In this document: positions 53,881-64,000 of the stretch, one piece after another
How positions within the stretch are numbered: the stretch's first letter is position 1
Layout of the letters: every line of letters starts with the position of its first letter
NCBI GenBank assembly: GCA_016872355.1
Contig: VGZY01000002.1
Location: 4,484 to 68,483, forward strand
Direction of reading: 5' to 3'
Origin: SAR202 cluster bacterium
Lineage (GTDB): Bacteria > Chloroflexota > Dehalococcoidia > Lucifugimonadales > VGZY01
Length of the DNA stretch: 64,000 nt
Position numbers and translations under genes: made by a program
The notes under the pieces: generated by a model
Seen by the model: only the letters and a program-made list of their open reading frames with translations
Told to the model about the DNA's origin: nothing
Databases searched by the model: none

Positions 53881-55050
53881 TTGAGAGACTTACTTGGGAG
53901 ACGCACCCTCTTGAACCGCCCGCTGAAGATCACTCTCATTGCCGCCGCCTCGCTGGCCGCGCTGCTGAGCTGTGGCCTCCTCGCGGGGGCGTGGTACGTA
54001 TCGGGCATCCTCAAGCACGACGGGCTGATCGTGAGGGATGGTCCGCCAGTGTACGACCTCGCGGTGGTAGCCGTGGACACTGACTCTATACGCCTTCGCA
54101 CGTCCGAGCTGACAGGCGACGCCATCCGGTGGAAGACTGCGGGCGAATCGGGCTTCAGGGAGAGAATGACTACGGCAGGGTTCGGGACGATTCTTGAGCT
54201 CACCGACTCCGAAGTTGAACGAGAATTCGAGCAGGTGCACGGAACGTTCGAGCCCGGAGACCGGGTCCGCATCGATAGGTTCACATACGACAACGATCCC
54301 CTGACGGCGCTTGGACTGGGGTACCAGGACGTCGAGTACGCGTCACCATTTGGCAGCTTCCCCGTGTGGTACTTCCCCGGGAGCCGCGACACGTGGGTCG
54401 TATTCGTCCACGGCAGAACGGCCAACCGCGAGGAGGCCTACCGCATGCTCCCGACTGTGCTGGACATGGGCTTCCCGGCTCTGGTCATATCGTACCGCAA
54501 CGACCCCGACGGCATCGCCACCGAGAAGCGCCTCTACGAGTTCGGCCAGACGGAGTGGGAGGAGCTCGAAGGCGCAGTGAAGTACGCCACAGACAATGGC
54601 GCTGAGGATGTGGTGCTCGTCGGCTTCAGCATGGGCGGAGCAATAGTGACGAACTTCATGTACCAGTCCGACCGCACGAAGGACGTCCGCGCTCTGGTCA
54701 TGGACTCGCCGATGCTCAACTTCAACGCGACTGTGGACAAGGGAGCGGAGGACCGCGGGCTGCCGGGGCCGTTCGCCTGGCTCGCAAAGTACGTGGCGCA
54801 GGTGCGGTTCGGCGTGCATTGGGGAAAGCTGGACTACCTGAGGGACGTGGACAGGCTGGAGGCGCCGATCCTCCTCTTCCATGGCGACGCGGATGAGACG
54901 GTGCCAAAGTCCACGAGCGACGCGCTGGCGGCGGCACGGCCGGACATCGTGACATACATCGAAACGCCCGGCGCGACGCACGTGGGGTCGTGGAACGTGG
55001 ACAGAGCGCGGTACGAGGCGGCGGTGCGGGAATTCCTCAGCAAACCGTAG
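53881..55050 (+). CDS. membrane-anchored alpha/beta hydrolase
   Basis: N-terminal TM helix (ITLIAAASLAALLSCGLLAGAWYV), nucleophile elbow GFSMGG and late FHGDADETV. The TTG start is uncertain. Confidence 0.7.
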   Translation: MRDLLGRRTLLNRPLKITLIAAASLAALLSCGLLAGAWYVSGILKHDGLIVRDGPPVYDLAVVAVDTDSIRLRTSELTGDAIRWKTAGESGFRERMTTAGFGTILELTDSEVEREFEQVHGTFEPGDRVRIDRFTYDNDPLTALGLGYQDVEYASPFGSFPVWYFPGSRDTWVVFVHGRTANREEAYRMLPTVLDMGFPALVISYRNDPDGIATEKRLYEFGQTEWEELEGAVKYATDNGAEDVVLVGFSMGGAIVTNFMYQSDRTKDVRALVMDSPMLNFNATVDKGAEDRGLPGPFAWLAKYVAQVRFGVHWGKLDYLRDVDRLEAPILLFHGDADETVPKSTSDALAAARPDIVTYIETPGATHVGSWNVDRARYEAAVREFLSKP

Positions 55051-55128
55051 CCCGCGCGATTCATCGCGCCTGTTTCGTTCACAAGCCATGGCCGTCAGCA
55101 ACCCGGGCGCGATGAATCGCGCGGGCTA
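55048..55128. mobile_element. 81-nt MITE/REP-like element, copy B (same termini as 42579..42661)
   Basis: TAGCCCGCGCGATTCATCGCGCC (55048-55070) and GGCGCGATGAATCGCGCGGGCTA (55106-55128). The core differs from copy A. The terminal TAG and CTA are the stop codons of the hydrolase and of proS. Confidence 0.7.
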
Positions 55129-56826
55129 AAACATCCCCTTCACCCCCACCACCACCTGCTCCTTTGCCACCGCCTCACCTTGGCCGTCCTTGCGCGCTTT
55201 GACCTCAACGACGCCCTGCTTGAGGTTGCGCGGGCTGACCACCAGACGTACCGGCAGGCCGATAAGGTCCGCGTCATTGAACTTCACGCCGGCGGACTCC
55301 ACGCGGTCGTCATACAGCACCTCGACGCCTGCGGCCGTTAGCTCCCTGTAAAGCGCGTCCGCCGCCTCGGCCACTTCCGGCTTGTCGACGTTGAGCGCCG
55401 CCAGGTGGACCTGCCACGGCGCGACCTCGCGGGGAAAGACAATCCCCTTCTCGTCATTGTTCTGCTCTATCGCCACCGCCAGCAGGCGGCCGACTCCGAT
55501 GCCGTAGCAACCCATGATTATGGGGTGCTGCTCCCCGGCGGCGGACTGGTCGGCGAAGACCGCGTTGAGCGCGTCTGAGTAGCGCGTGCCGAGCTTGAAG
55601 ACGTGGCCGACCTCTATTCCGCGCTTCGTCGCAAGCGGGCCGCCGCACCTAACGCACTCGTCGCCCTCGCGCGCCTGGGCGATGTCTGCGATCAGGTCTA
55701 CCGTGAAATCGCGATCGAGGTTCGCGTTCCTGATGTGGTAGTCCGGCCTGTTCGCGCCAACGACCCAGTTGGCGCCGAGCTTAATCGGGTCGTCCGCGAT
55801 GACCCGAACGCCTGCCACGCCGACCGGCGACGCCGAACCGGCGACGATGCCGTTGGCCTTCACCTCTTCCGGCAACGCGATGCGCAGGTCCCTCACCTTG
55901 AGGGTGTTCTTGAGCTTGACCTCGTTAATGTCCAGGTCGCCGCGTATGACCACGAACGTGAACTTTCCGTCCGCCATGTAGAAGACGGCCTTGAGCGTCT
56001 TCATCGTCTCTATCTCCAGGAACTCCGCGAGCTCGTCTATCGTCTTCAGCCCCGGCGTGTGCACGTCCTCCAGCTTGCGCGGGCGCTCAATGAAGTCCGG
56101 CGGCGGCTTCACGAACGAGGCCTTCTCGGCGTTGGCGGCGTAAGAGCACCGCCCGCAGACGATCAGTGTGTCCTCGCCAGCGTCCGAGAGCGCCATGAAC
56201 TCATTCGAGTCCTTGCCGCCGATCGCGCCTCTGTCCGCCTCTACCATAATAAAGTTGAGGCCGCACCGCCTGAAGATGTTGTTGTACGCCTTCACCATCG
56301 CCTGGTAGGTCGTATCCAGGTCCGCCCAGTCCGCATGGAAGCTGTAAGCGTCCTTCATGTCGAACTCGCGGACGCGGATGAGGCCGCCTCGCGGGCGCGG
56401 CGCGTCGCGGAACTTCGTCTGTATCTGGTAGAGCGTGAGAGGGAGGTCGCGGTAGCTGCGGACGTTCGCCCGCACCATCATCGTCAGCACCTCCTCGTGG
56501 GTGGGCGCAATGACGAGGGGGCGCTCCTTGCGGTCCGTGACCTGGAAAAGGTCCGGGCCGAACGCTGCCGTCCTGCCGGTCTGGTCCCATATCTCGCGGG
56601 GCTGAAGCGTGGGCATGCGCAGCTCCTGCCCGCCCTCGGCGTCCATCTCCTGCCGGATGATCTCCTCGATCTTGCGGAGGGAGCGCCACGCCAGCTGCAG
56701 GTAGCTGTAGACGCCGGAGGCGACCTGGTAGATGCCGCCCGCCCGCAGCATGAGCTTGTGGCTGGTTAATTCTGCCTCCGCCGGCTCCTCCCGCAGAGTC
56801 TTGCCGAAGAGTTTTGACAGGCGCAT
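55126..56826 (-). CDS. proS: proline--tRNA ligase (bacterial type with editing insertion)
   Basis: 566 aa with class II motifs, an INS domain and a C-terminal anticodon-binding domain (MRLSKLFGKTLREEPAEAE...). Confidence 0.95.
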   Translation of the reverse strand: MRLSKLFGKTLREEPAEAELTSHKLMLRAGGIYQVASGVYSYLQLAWRSLRKIEEIIRQEMDAEGGQELRMPTLQPREIWDQTGRTAAFGPDLFQVTDRKERPLVIAPTHEEVLTMMVRANVRSYRDLPLTLYQIQTKFRDAPRPRGGLIRVREFDMKDAYSFHADWADLDTTYQAMVKAYNNIFRRCGLNFIMVEADRGAIGGKDSNEFMALSDAGEDTLIVCGRCSYAANAEKASFVKPPPDFIERPRKLEDVHTPGLKTIDELAEFLEIETMKTLKAVFYMADGKFTFVVIRGDLDINEVKLKNTLKVRDLRIALPEEVKANGIVAGSASPVGVAGVRVIADDPIKLGANWVVGANRPDYHIRNANLDRDFTVDLIADIAQAREGDECVRCGGPLATKRGIEVGHVFKLGTRYSDALNAVFADQSAAGEQHPIIMGCYGIGVGRLLAVAIEQNNDEKGIVFPREVAPWQVHLAALNVDKPEVAEAADALYRELTAAGVEVLYDDRVESAGVKFNDADLIGLPVRLVVSPRNLKQGVVEVKARKDGQGEAVAKEQVVVGVKGMF

Positions 56827-56936
56827 TGGCGTATGACCTCGTGCCGACGACGAATTGGTTCAGAGCAGTCTGCAACGTATGGAAGCGGTTACGCGAGGGA
56901 GCGTCCGAAATAGCCGGTGGCCAACCCCCTGCCACC

Positions 56937-57024
56937 CTGAGCGACAGCGAAGGGTCTAAGAACCGCACCTGGGATAGTGACCGCTATGACCTGCTACGCT
57001 CTTAGACCCTTCGCTGTCGCTCAG
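56937..57024. repeat. 88-nt palindromic element of a second family, in the proS leader
   Basis: Perfect 24-nt inverted repeats CTGAGCGACAGCGAAGGGTCTAAG (56937-56960) and CTTAGACCCTTCGCTGTCGCTCAG (57001-57024) flank a 40-nt core. Confidence 0.7.
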
Positions 57025-57071
57025 AATGGCAAATTGGGGTATTTATTCCGATGGTACCGTGGCCGCAGACG

Positions 57072-57111
57072 CAAAAAAGAAGCGGCCCATGGTGATGACA
57101 ACATGGACCGC
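57072..57111 (-). terminator. rho-independent terminator downstream of ispG
   Basis: On the minus strand: GCGGTCCATG-ttgtcatcac-CATGGGCCGC (10 bp, one G-U pair) followed by TTCTTTTTT. Confidence 0.75.
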
Positions 57112-57129
57112 CGTGAATCTAGCGACTGA

Positions 57130-58278
57130 CTACTTCGCGGCCGTCGCCAGCTCCCCTTCCGCCTTTTTGACCTCTTCCATGAGCGCCGTCAGCATGTCCG
57201 TCTCTTCCACGATGCGGGCCTTCTGGCCCTTGCGGAAGATGATGGCGCGGCCTGCCCCTGCGGCGATGCCCACGTCCGCGTCCTTCGCCTCGCCCGGGCC
57301 GTTAACCTCGCAGCCCATCACGGCCACCTTGATTGACGTCTTCGTGGTCTTGAGAAGGTCGCCGACGGTGTTGGCGAGCCTGCGGATGTCCACGTCGGCG
57401 CGGCCGCAGCTCGGGCAGGCGACGAGCACGGCGCCCTGCTTGCGGAGCTCCAGCGACTTCAGTATTTCGAAGCCGGTATAGACCTCTTCCTTGGGGTCGT
57501 CGCTCAGGGAGACGCGAATGGTGTCGCCGATGCCTGCGTACAGGAGCGTGCCCAGGCCGATGGCGCTGCGGATGCTGCCGGACTTTGCCGTGCCGGACTC
57601 CGTGATGCCGAGGTGCAGCGGGTACGGCACCAGGTCGGCCATGCGTTTGTAGGCCTCGACGGTGGTATCGATATCGAACGCCTTGAGCGATATCTTGATC
57701 AGGTCGAAGTCGAGCGCCTCAAGCAGGCCGATCTCCCAAAGGCCCGTCTCGACCATGTGGTCGACGACGTTGTACTCGCCCTCGACGGCGTCGCCGGCTT
57801 TCTTGAGCTTGTTCACTCCGTCGGTGTGGCGGGACTGGCCGCGCGCCTTGCCAATGCTGCCCACCGGAGGCAGGCTGCCGAAGTTGACGCCGATGCGGAT
57901 AGGCACCTGGCGGGACTTTGCCTCGCGGACGACCTCTTTGACCTTTTCCGGGTCGCGGATATTCCCGGGATTGAGGCGGAGGCAGTCCACGCCGCTCCGG
58001 AGCGCCTCGAGGGCGAGCTGGTAGTGGAAGTGGATATCCGCCACGACAGGGATTTTGACCTGCTTCTTGATATCCGCCAGCGCCTTCGCGGCCTCCATGT
58101 CCGGCACGGCGCAGCGGATGATCTCGCAGCCGACCTCCTCCGCGCCCTTTATCTGGGCGACCGTCGCGGCCACGTCGCGCGTGTCGGTCTTGGTCATCGA
58201 CTGGACGGTGATGGGCGCGCCGCCGCCGACCTTTACGCTGCCCACCTGTATCTGCTTGCTGATTCGCCGCTTTCGCAC
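57130..58278 (-). CDS. ispG: 4-hydroxy-3-methylbut-2-en-1-yl diphosphate synthase (flavodoxin)
   Basis: IRCAVPD, RINPGN-type (RLNPGNI) and CPSCGR motifs. Confidence 0.95.
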   Translation of the reverse strand: MRKRRISKQIQVGSVKVGGGAPITVQSMTKTDTRDVAATVAQIKGAEEVGCEIIRCAVPDMEAAKALADIKKQVKIPVVADIHFHYQLALEALRSGVDCLRLNPGNIRDPEKVKEVVREAKSRQVPIRIGVNFGSLPPVGSIGKARGQSRHTDGVNKLKKAGDAVEGEYNVVDHMVETGLWEIGLLEALDFDLIKISLKAFDIDTTVEAYKRMADLVPYPLHLGITESGTAKSGSIRSAIGLGTLLYAGIGDTIRVSLSDDPKEEVYTGFEILKSLELRKQGAVLVACPSCGRADVDIRRLANTVGDLLKTTKTSIKVAVMGCEVNGPGEAKDADVGIAAGAGRAIIFRKGQKARIVEETDMLTALMEEVKKAEGELATAAK

Positions 58279-58309
58279 GATTGGACTCCCAGTTTGTCTT
58301 CGGCTTAAT

Positions 58310-58332
58310 CCCCTTCCCTCTCAGGGAAGGGG
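58310..58332. repeat. REP-like hairpin between rseP and ispG
   Basis: CCCCTTCCCT-ctc-AGGGAAGGGG has the same CCTTCCCT/AGGGAAGG arms as the hairpin near 34050. Confidence 0.45.
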
Positions 58333-58349
58333 CAAGGGGTTAGGTTGTC

Positions 58350-59549
58350 TTACCTCAGGAAACTTTCGCCGTTGATAATCTTGATTATGTCCCTGTAGCT
58401 TATCACCACGATGAGACCAATGAGGACGATAAAGCCGACCATGTGCACGAGGCCCTCGCGCTCGGGCGAGATGCGCTTGCCGCGCCGCACCCACTCTATC
58501 ACAACAAACAGCAGGCGGCCGCCGTCCAGCGCCGGAATCGGCAGCACGTTGATGATGCACAGGCTGATGCTTAGAAGCGCCATGAGCTCCAGGATTGGCA
58601 TGAGGCCGCCCACTTCTGCGACTTCACCGGTCACCTGGGCGATGCCGACCGGCCCGGCAAGGCCGGGGTCAGGGCCGCCTGCGAACCACTGCGTGAAGCC
58701 GTTCTTGGTGAGGACAATTACTTCCCACACCTGGCCGAACGCCATCGGGACCGATTCCCATATTGGGAAGCTCTCCTTCACCATGTGCACATTCGCCGTG
58801 CCGATCCTGACTCCTACGGCGCCTTCCTTCCACTTGTTGCCGAGCTTGACGTTCGGGTTGAGCCGCTGGGCTTCAACCAGCGGTATTTGCGTGGCCGGGT
58901 CGGTCACGGTCTCAACAACAGTCCTGGTCGGCGGGTTGAGCCTCGGAACAACAGTTACATTCTCTACCGGCGCGGTGTCCGGCGAGAACGGCAGGCCGGA
59001 GACGATGACGGTCCGGCGCACGGTGAGCTGGACTTGCTTGCCGAGGTTCGAGTTGATGACCTGGGCAAGGTCTATATGCGTCTTCACAGGCGCGCCGTTG
59101 GCCTCCAGGACTACGTCCTGGGACCGCAGGCCCGCCTGATGGGCAGGAGAGTTGGGTTCGACGCCGGTGATTACCACTGTGCCGACGGGGACATCGTGCG
59201 GGAGAGTAAACAGGGTCGTGAAGACGACGATGGGAAACAGAAAGTTCATAAATGAGCCGGCGACTAGCACCACGGAGCGTTTCGCCGGGTGCTGGCGCGC
59301 AAAGCTCTGGGGGTCGGTTGGGTCTTCTTCCCCGGCCATCTTGACGAAGCCGCCGAAGGGCAGCCAGTTCAGGGAGTAGATCGTCCCGCGGTAGGTGAAA
59401 CCTACCATCCGCAGCGGGAAGCCGAATCCGAACTCCAGGACCTTGATGCCGAAGAGCTTGGCTGTGACGAAGTGGCCCAGCTCATGTATAAAGACCAGGA
59501 AGCCAAGGACAGGAAATATAAGGAGCCACGACGGCAGGCCAAAAAGCAA
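58350..59549 (-). CDS. rseP: RIP metalloprotease RseP (M50 site-2 protease) with PDZ domain
   Basis: HELGHF zinc motif, a central PDZ domain and a C-terminal NxxPxxxLDGG-type motif (NVLPIPALDGG). Confidence 0.9.
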   Translation of the reverse strand: MLFGLPSWLLIFPVLGFLVFIHELGHFVTAKLFGIKVLEFGFGFPLRMVGFTYRGTIYSLNWLPFGGFVKMAGEEDPTDPQSFARQHPAKRSVVLVAGSFMNFLFPIVVFTTLFTLPHDVPVGTVVITGVEPNSPAHQAGLRSQDVVLEANGAPVKTHIDLAQVINSNLGKQVQLTVRRTVIVSGLPFSPDTAPVENVTVVPRLNPPTRTVVETVTDPATQIPLVEAQRLNPNVKLGNKWKEGAVGVRIGTANVHMVKESFPIWESVPMAFGQVWEVIVLTKNGFTQWFAGGPDPGLAGPVGIAQVTGEVAEVGGLMPILELMALLSISLCIINVLPIPALDGGRLLFVVIEWVRRGKRISPEREGLVHMVGFIVLIGLIVVISYRDIIKIINGESFLR

Positions 59550-60695
59550 TTATGCCTCCTCCACTACCTTGCGCACCCGTTCCCGCCCAATGGAGGCCGC
59601 CAGGAGCACGTCCTCTATCGACGGGTCATCACACGACTCGAAGTCCCACAGCGCCTCCCGGATGACACTGTGAATGTCAAGAAAGCCTATTTTCCGGGCG
59701 AGGAACATGTCCACAGCCGCATCGTCCGCGCCGCAGAGCGCCGCCGGCCAGGTGCCGCCCCGCTTCGCCACCTCGATGGCAAGCTCGAAGCACGGGTAGC
59801 GCTTCGGCCTCATTTCCTGGAACGTCAGCGCCGCCGAAACGACAGGGTTAAACCTGGTGATGTTCTTGTTGTACACCCTGTCCGGGTAGAGGAGGGCGTA
59901 CTGGATGGGCAGCCGCATGTCAGGCGGGCTGATCTGTGCCTTCACGGAGCCGTCCACGAATTCCACCATGGAGTGGATGAGGCTCTGTGGGTGAATGACG
60001 ACTTCAATCTGCTCCCACGGCACTCCGAAAAGGTAGTGCGCCTCTATTACCTCAAACGCCTTGTTCATCAGCGTCGCGGAGTCGATGGTGATCTTTTTGC
60101 CCATCGTCCACGTGGGGTGCTTGAGCGCCTGCTCGGGGGTAACGGCGGCGAGCTGCGCGGGGTCCAGGTTTCGGAACGCGCCGCCGGACGCCGTAATGAT
60201 CAACCTGGATATGCTCATATCCTCGCCGCGCAGGCACTGCCAAATGGCGTTAGGCTCGCTGTCCAGCGGCAGGATCTGTACGTTTCGCCTGCGGGCGAGC
60301 TCGGTCAGCATGCCGCCAGCGAGAATTATCGACTCCTTGTTCGCAAGGGCGATGTGCTTGCCGGCGTTGATGGCGGCGATGGTTGGTGCAAGAGACACGT
60401 CGCCTACGGTGGCGGTGACAACCGTGTCCACTTCCGGGTCGCGGACCATTTCATCGAGGGTGGACTCCCGCGAGCCGTTGAGAAAGAGGGGGGCTTTCTC
60501 GTCCCGCGAGCCTTCGCAGCTGACGAGCCTGGGCCGGAACTCCCGTACCTGGGACTCCAGTGTGTTGAGGCTCCTCCGCGCCGCCAGGCCGACCACTCGG
60601 AACCTGTCCGGGAATGTCCTGACGATATCGAGAGTCTGGGTGCCGATGGAGCCCGTGGAGCCGAGTACGGCCAGTCCCTTAGCTATGGTGCCCAT
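59550..60695 (-). CDS. dxr: 1-deoxy-D-xylulose-5-phosphate reductoisomerase
   Basis: [26 protein letters not shown]-terminus. I chose ATG 60695; the 90-aa upstream extension in the track is Arg/Gly-rich nonsense that overlaps cdsA. Confidence 0.93.
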   Translation of the reverse strand: MGTIAKGLAVLGSTGSIGTQTLDIVRTFPDRFRVVGLAARRSLNTLESQVREFRPRLVSCEGSRDEKAPLFLNGSRESTLDEMVRDPEVDTVVTATVGDVSLAPTIAAINAGKHIALANKESIILAGGMLTELARRRNVQILPLDSEPNAIWQCLRGEDMSISRLIITASGGAFRNLDPAQLAAVTPEQALKHPTWTMGKKITIDSATLMNKAFEVIEAHYLFGVPWEQIEVVIHPQSLIHSMVEFVDGSVKAQISPPDMRLPIQYALLYPDRVYNKNITRFNPVVSAALTFQEMRPKRYPCFELAIEVAKRGGTWPAALCGADDAAVDMFLARKIGFLDIHSVIREALWDFESCDDPSIEDVLLAASIGRERVRKVVEEA

Positions 60696-61546
60696 ATGAC
60701 AAAATAATACACCACGACCAAATTGAAGACAATTGAATCCAACCTGTCCAGGACTCCCCCGTGGCCGGGCATAATCCGGCCAGAGTCCTTCACGCCCGTA
60801 ATGCGCTTTAGCCTTGACTCCGCCAGGTCCCCGAGCTGGCCCCACACGCCCATCACAGCGCCGAGCGCGACGGCCGACAAGGCAGGTACTTGCAAATCGA
60901 GCGCGTACATGGCCGCAACGGCCGCGAGGACCGCGCCGGCGAATCCGCCAAATGTTCCTTCCCACGTCTTGCCCGGGCTTATTTTCGGCGCCATTTTGTG
61001 GCGGCCGATGGCGCGCCCGACAAAGAACGCCGCCGTGTCAGTTGCGAACGTAACGGCGATGAGGAAGAAGACCCATTCCATCCCCTGGTCGAGGCCCCGG
61101 AGCAGCGGCGCGTGGGCGAGTGTACCGCCGACGTACAGCACAGCACCAACCGTAGCCCCGACGCCCCGGAGGCCGATGTTCACGCCTTTCATCAGCCTGA
61201 GGAGGGATATGGCCGCTGTTGCGCCAAGGGCTGCGAGCAATGCCCCGTACACCGTTCCCTGGTAGTCAGAGGCGTACAGGTAAGCGGTCCATACGAGCGC
61301 GACCGCCCATAGGCCGGAAATGAAGTCGGATGCGCGCCATCCGATGTTTCGCGCCATACGGGCCGCTTCAAACGCCCCCAGGCAGGCCGCAAGGGCTACC
61401 AGGAACGCGAACCATGCCCCACCGGCCAGGACGGCCACAGCAAGCACTGGAATGCCCACGGCAGAGGTCAGAAGACGGGGCTTCAGGGTGCCCTTCTTTG
61501 CGGGCGCGGGGAGAGGAGCGGATGGGGCCGGAGTGGCTGGAGTCAT
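60683..61546 (-). CDS. cdsA: phosphatidate cytidylyltransferase
   Basis: Multi-TM protein with the C-terminal signature [28 protein letters not shown]. Confidence 0.9.
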   Translation of the reverse strand: MTPATPAPSAPLPAPAKKGTLKPRLLTSAVGIPVLAVAVLAGGAWFAFLVALAACLGAFEAARMARNIGWRASDFISGLWAVALVWTAYLYASDYQGTVYGALLAALGATAAISLLRLMKGVNIGLRGVGATVGAVLYVGGTLAHAPLLRGLDQGMEWVFFLIAVTFATDTAAFFVGRAIGRHKMAPKISPGKTWEGTFGGFAGAVLAAVAAMYALDLQVPALSAVALGAVMGVWGQLGDLAESRLKRITGVKDSGRIMPGHGGVLDRLDSIVFNLVVVYYFVIWAP

Positions 61547-62322
61547 CTGTCGCTATCGGGCGGCGTCATTACCTTGCCGAAACGGCGTGTGCGGCGGCTG
61601 AAGGCCACGAGTGACCGGGTGACCTCTTCCTCATCGAAGTCCGGCCAGAACGCCTGGGTTGTATAGTACTCGGCGTAAGCGGCCTGCCAGATGAGGAAGT
61701 TGCTGAGGCGCATCTCGCCGGCTGTGCGAATTATGAGGTCCGGGTCTGGAAACCCGCCCGTATACAGGTAGCTGCCGAACAGCTCCTCAGTGATGAGTTC
61801 CGGCCGAATACCGTCCTGGACTACCCGACGAATTGCATCAAGAATCTCCGCCCTGCCGCCGTAGTTGAAGGCAACGCCTAGGGTGAGGCTGGTATTGTTC
61901 TTTGTGAGGGCCGCAGCGTCGTCGATCGCCTCGCGGAGGTCAGGAGGAAGGTCGTAACTGCGGCCGACGTGCCGTATGCGGACGCCCTCCGCGTGGAGCG
62001 GCTCGAGCTCCTTCTTGATGGTGTCCCTGAGAAGGTGCATGAGGGCGTTCACTTCGTCCTGCGGGCGGTTCCAGTTCTCCGTGGAGAAGATAAACAGGCT
62101 GACGTATTTCACGCCGTAGCGGGCGAAGTGGCGGAGGACGCGGCGGATGTTGTCCGTCCCGGCGCGGTGTCCATCTGTGCGAGCGAGGCCGCGTGCATTG
62201 GCCCAGCGACCGTTACCGTCCATGATAATGCCGACGTGGGCGGGCACTACCGGGAGGGGAACGATCTCTGCCTGGCTGCTGCCGCTTCGAGGGGACTGGG
62301 CCTTGAAGGGCTCCGGGCTCAA
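61543..62322 (-). CDS. uppS: isoprenyl transferase (undecaprenyl diphosphate synthase)
   Basis: [13 protein letters not shown] and FSTENWNRP motifs. Confidence 0.93.
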   Translation of the reverse strand: MSPEPFKAQSPRSGSSQAEIVPLPVVPAHVGIIMDGNGRWANARGLARTDGHRAGTDNIRRVLRHFARYGVKYVSLFIFSTENWNRPQDEVNALMHLLRDTIKKELEPLHAEGVRIRHVGRSYDLPPDLREAIDDAAALTKNNTSLTLGVAFNYGGRAEILDAIRRVVQDGIRPELITEELFGSYLYTGGFPDPDLIIRTAGEMRLSNFLIWQAAYAEYYTTQAFWPDFDEEEVTRSLVAFSRRTRRFGKVMTPPDSDR

Positions 62323-62882
62323 ACCGCCATCACCTCGGCCTCTTTGTCGTGTCGTATCTTGTCCAGCTTCGCGATGTAGGAGTCGGTCAGCTTCTGGAGC
62401 TGTTCCTGGGAGCGGCGGCTGTCGTCCTGGGAGAGGGACTTGTCCTTCTCCATTTTGCGGATCTCTTCGAGGGCGTCCCTTCGGATGTTTCGAACGGCTA
62501 CGTGCGACTCCTCGGTCTTCTTGCCGACCACTTTGACCAGGTCCTTGCGCCGCTCTTGCGTGAGAGGGGGCATCGTCAAACGGATGATTGCGCCGTCGTT
62601 GCGGGGGGTGATGCCAATGTCAGACTTCATGATCGCCTTTTCGATGGCGGCTAGGGCTGTCTTGTCCCACGGCTGGATGGCGATTACCCGGGATTCCGGC
62701 ACGGAGATGGTGGCCACCTGGCTCAGGGGCGTCGGGGCGCCGTAATATTCGACCGGTATGCTTTCCACCAGTGCTGCGCTTGCGCGGCCGGTTCGAATGG
62801 AGTCCATGTCCTTTGACAGCGACTGGACCGATTTCTTCATCCTGTTCTCGGCTTCAGCCATCACTTCTTGCGTAGTAGGCAT
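62319..62882 (-). CDS. frr: ribosome recycling factor
   Basis: 187 aa with [11 protein letters not shown] and [13 protein letters not shown] motifs. Confidence 0.95.
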   Translation of the reverse strand: MPTTQEVMAEAENRMKKSVQSLSKDMDSIRTGRASAALVESIPVEYYGAPTPLSQVATISVPESRVIAIQPWDKTALAAIEKAIMKSDIGITPRNDGAIIRLTMPPLTQERRKDLVKVVGKKTEESHVAVRNIRRDALEEIRKMEKDKSLSQDDSRRSQEQLQKLTDSYIAKLDKIRHDKEAEVMAV

Positions 62883-62955
62883 TTGAACATCCCCTGAGAT
62901 TCACAGGGCCCCGATTAACGGGGCCCCGGATAAACTCTTTCGGAATTGCGGTCCG

Positions 62956-63699
<744 letters not shown>

Positions 63700-64000
63700 C
63701 TATTCTCCGATGGAGAACCGGGTAAACCTTCTGACGCGGACATTCTCTCCAACCTTGGCCACTACCTCGTTGATGAGGTCCTGCACGGTCTTCGAGGAGT
63801 CTTTGATAAAAGTCTGTTGCAGCAGGGCGACCTCTTGAGGCTTGGCTGTGTCGCCCTCAGGGATCAGCGCCTTGTCTATGTAAAGCGGCGACATCGCAGC
63901 GACCTGCATGGCGATATCGTGCGCGAGCTGCTTGAACTGCTCCGTCCTGGCGACGAAGTCGGTCTCGCAGTTGATCTCGACGATGGCGCCAACGCGGCCA
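63700..64000 (-). CDS. tsf: elongation factor Ts, C-terminal part (5' end beyond the window)
   Basis: The frame is open to the window edge. The C-terminus ...VAKVGENVRVRRFTRFSIGE is typical of EF-Ts, and tsf-pyrH-frr synteny is common. Confidence 0.85.
   Translation of the reverse strand, partial: GRVGAIVEINCETDFVARTEQFKQLAHDIAMQVAAMSPLYIDKALIPEGDTAKPQEVALLQQTFIKDSSKTVQDLINEVVAKVGENVRVRRFTRFSIGE

Noticed and set aside
56827-57129. T-box riboswitch in the long proS leader
   Set aside because: The minus-strand leader lacks the AAUUAGGGUGGUACCGCG T-box sequence. The closest hit (GATGGTACCGTGG, ~57050-57062) is on the wrong strand. The leader is instead explained by the ispG terminator plus a palindromic repeat element.
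60696-60965. 90-aa N-terminal extension of dxr
   Set aside because: The extension is Arg/Gly-rich, overlaps the 3' part of cdsA, and has no homology. The canonical Dxr N-terminus (LGSTGSIG) follows Met 60695 directly.

Overview
GC-rich bacterial chromosomal window. I saw no rRNA, tRNA or CRISPR array by eye. Gene starts were refined by hand from Shine-Dalgarno context and are less certain than the stops.

The two ends of the window are housekeeping:
- Left end: recG, a DegV/DAK2 pair, rpmB, hemA, aconitase, a 7Fe ferredoxin, cmk, plsC and glmS.
- Right end: proS, ispG, rseP, dxr, cdsA, uppS, frr, pyrH and tsf.

The middle (about 22.7-53.8 kb) is accessory. Its main components:
- **Paralogue array (most unusual feature).** Five diverged paralogues of a ~650-700 aa leaderless protein family that I cannot place, all on the + strand between 28.1 and 44.9 kb.
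- **Genes interleaved with the array.** A secreted protein made of three ~150-aa repeats, a VapBC-like toxin-antitoxin pair whose PIN toxin carries a Cys4 insert, an NHL propeller, a PhyH-dioxygenase/HEAT fusion and a leaderless CBM9/DOMON-like protein.
- **Signalling and envelope genes.** An FHA/winged-helix regulator beside a Ser/Thr kinase, and a LiaF/PspC/holin-4_2 envelope module.
- **Other metabolic loci.** An operon with an enolase-superfamily enzyme, two orphan OpuAC-like lipoproteins and a 547-aa unknown; also an MfnB-like enzyme fused to a TusA-like domain.

Six apparent gene disruptions (four frameshifts, two nonsense codons) all fall in accessory genes.

Several families of GC-rich palindromic or MITE-like elements populate the intergenic regions, and one hairpin of this type lies in frame inside a CDS. 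G-quadruplex-type runs start at the stop codons of two paralogues.

All functional calls rest on motif recognition from the translated ORFs. No database search was run.
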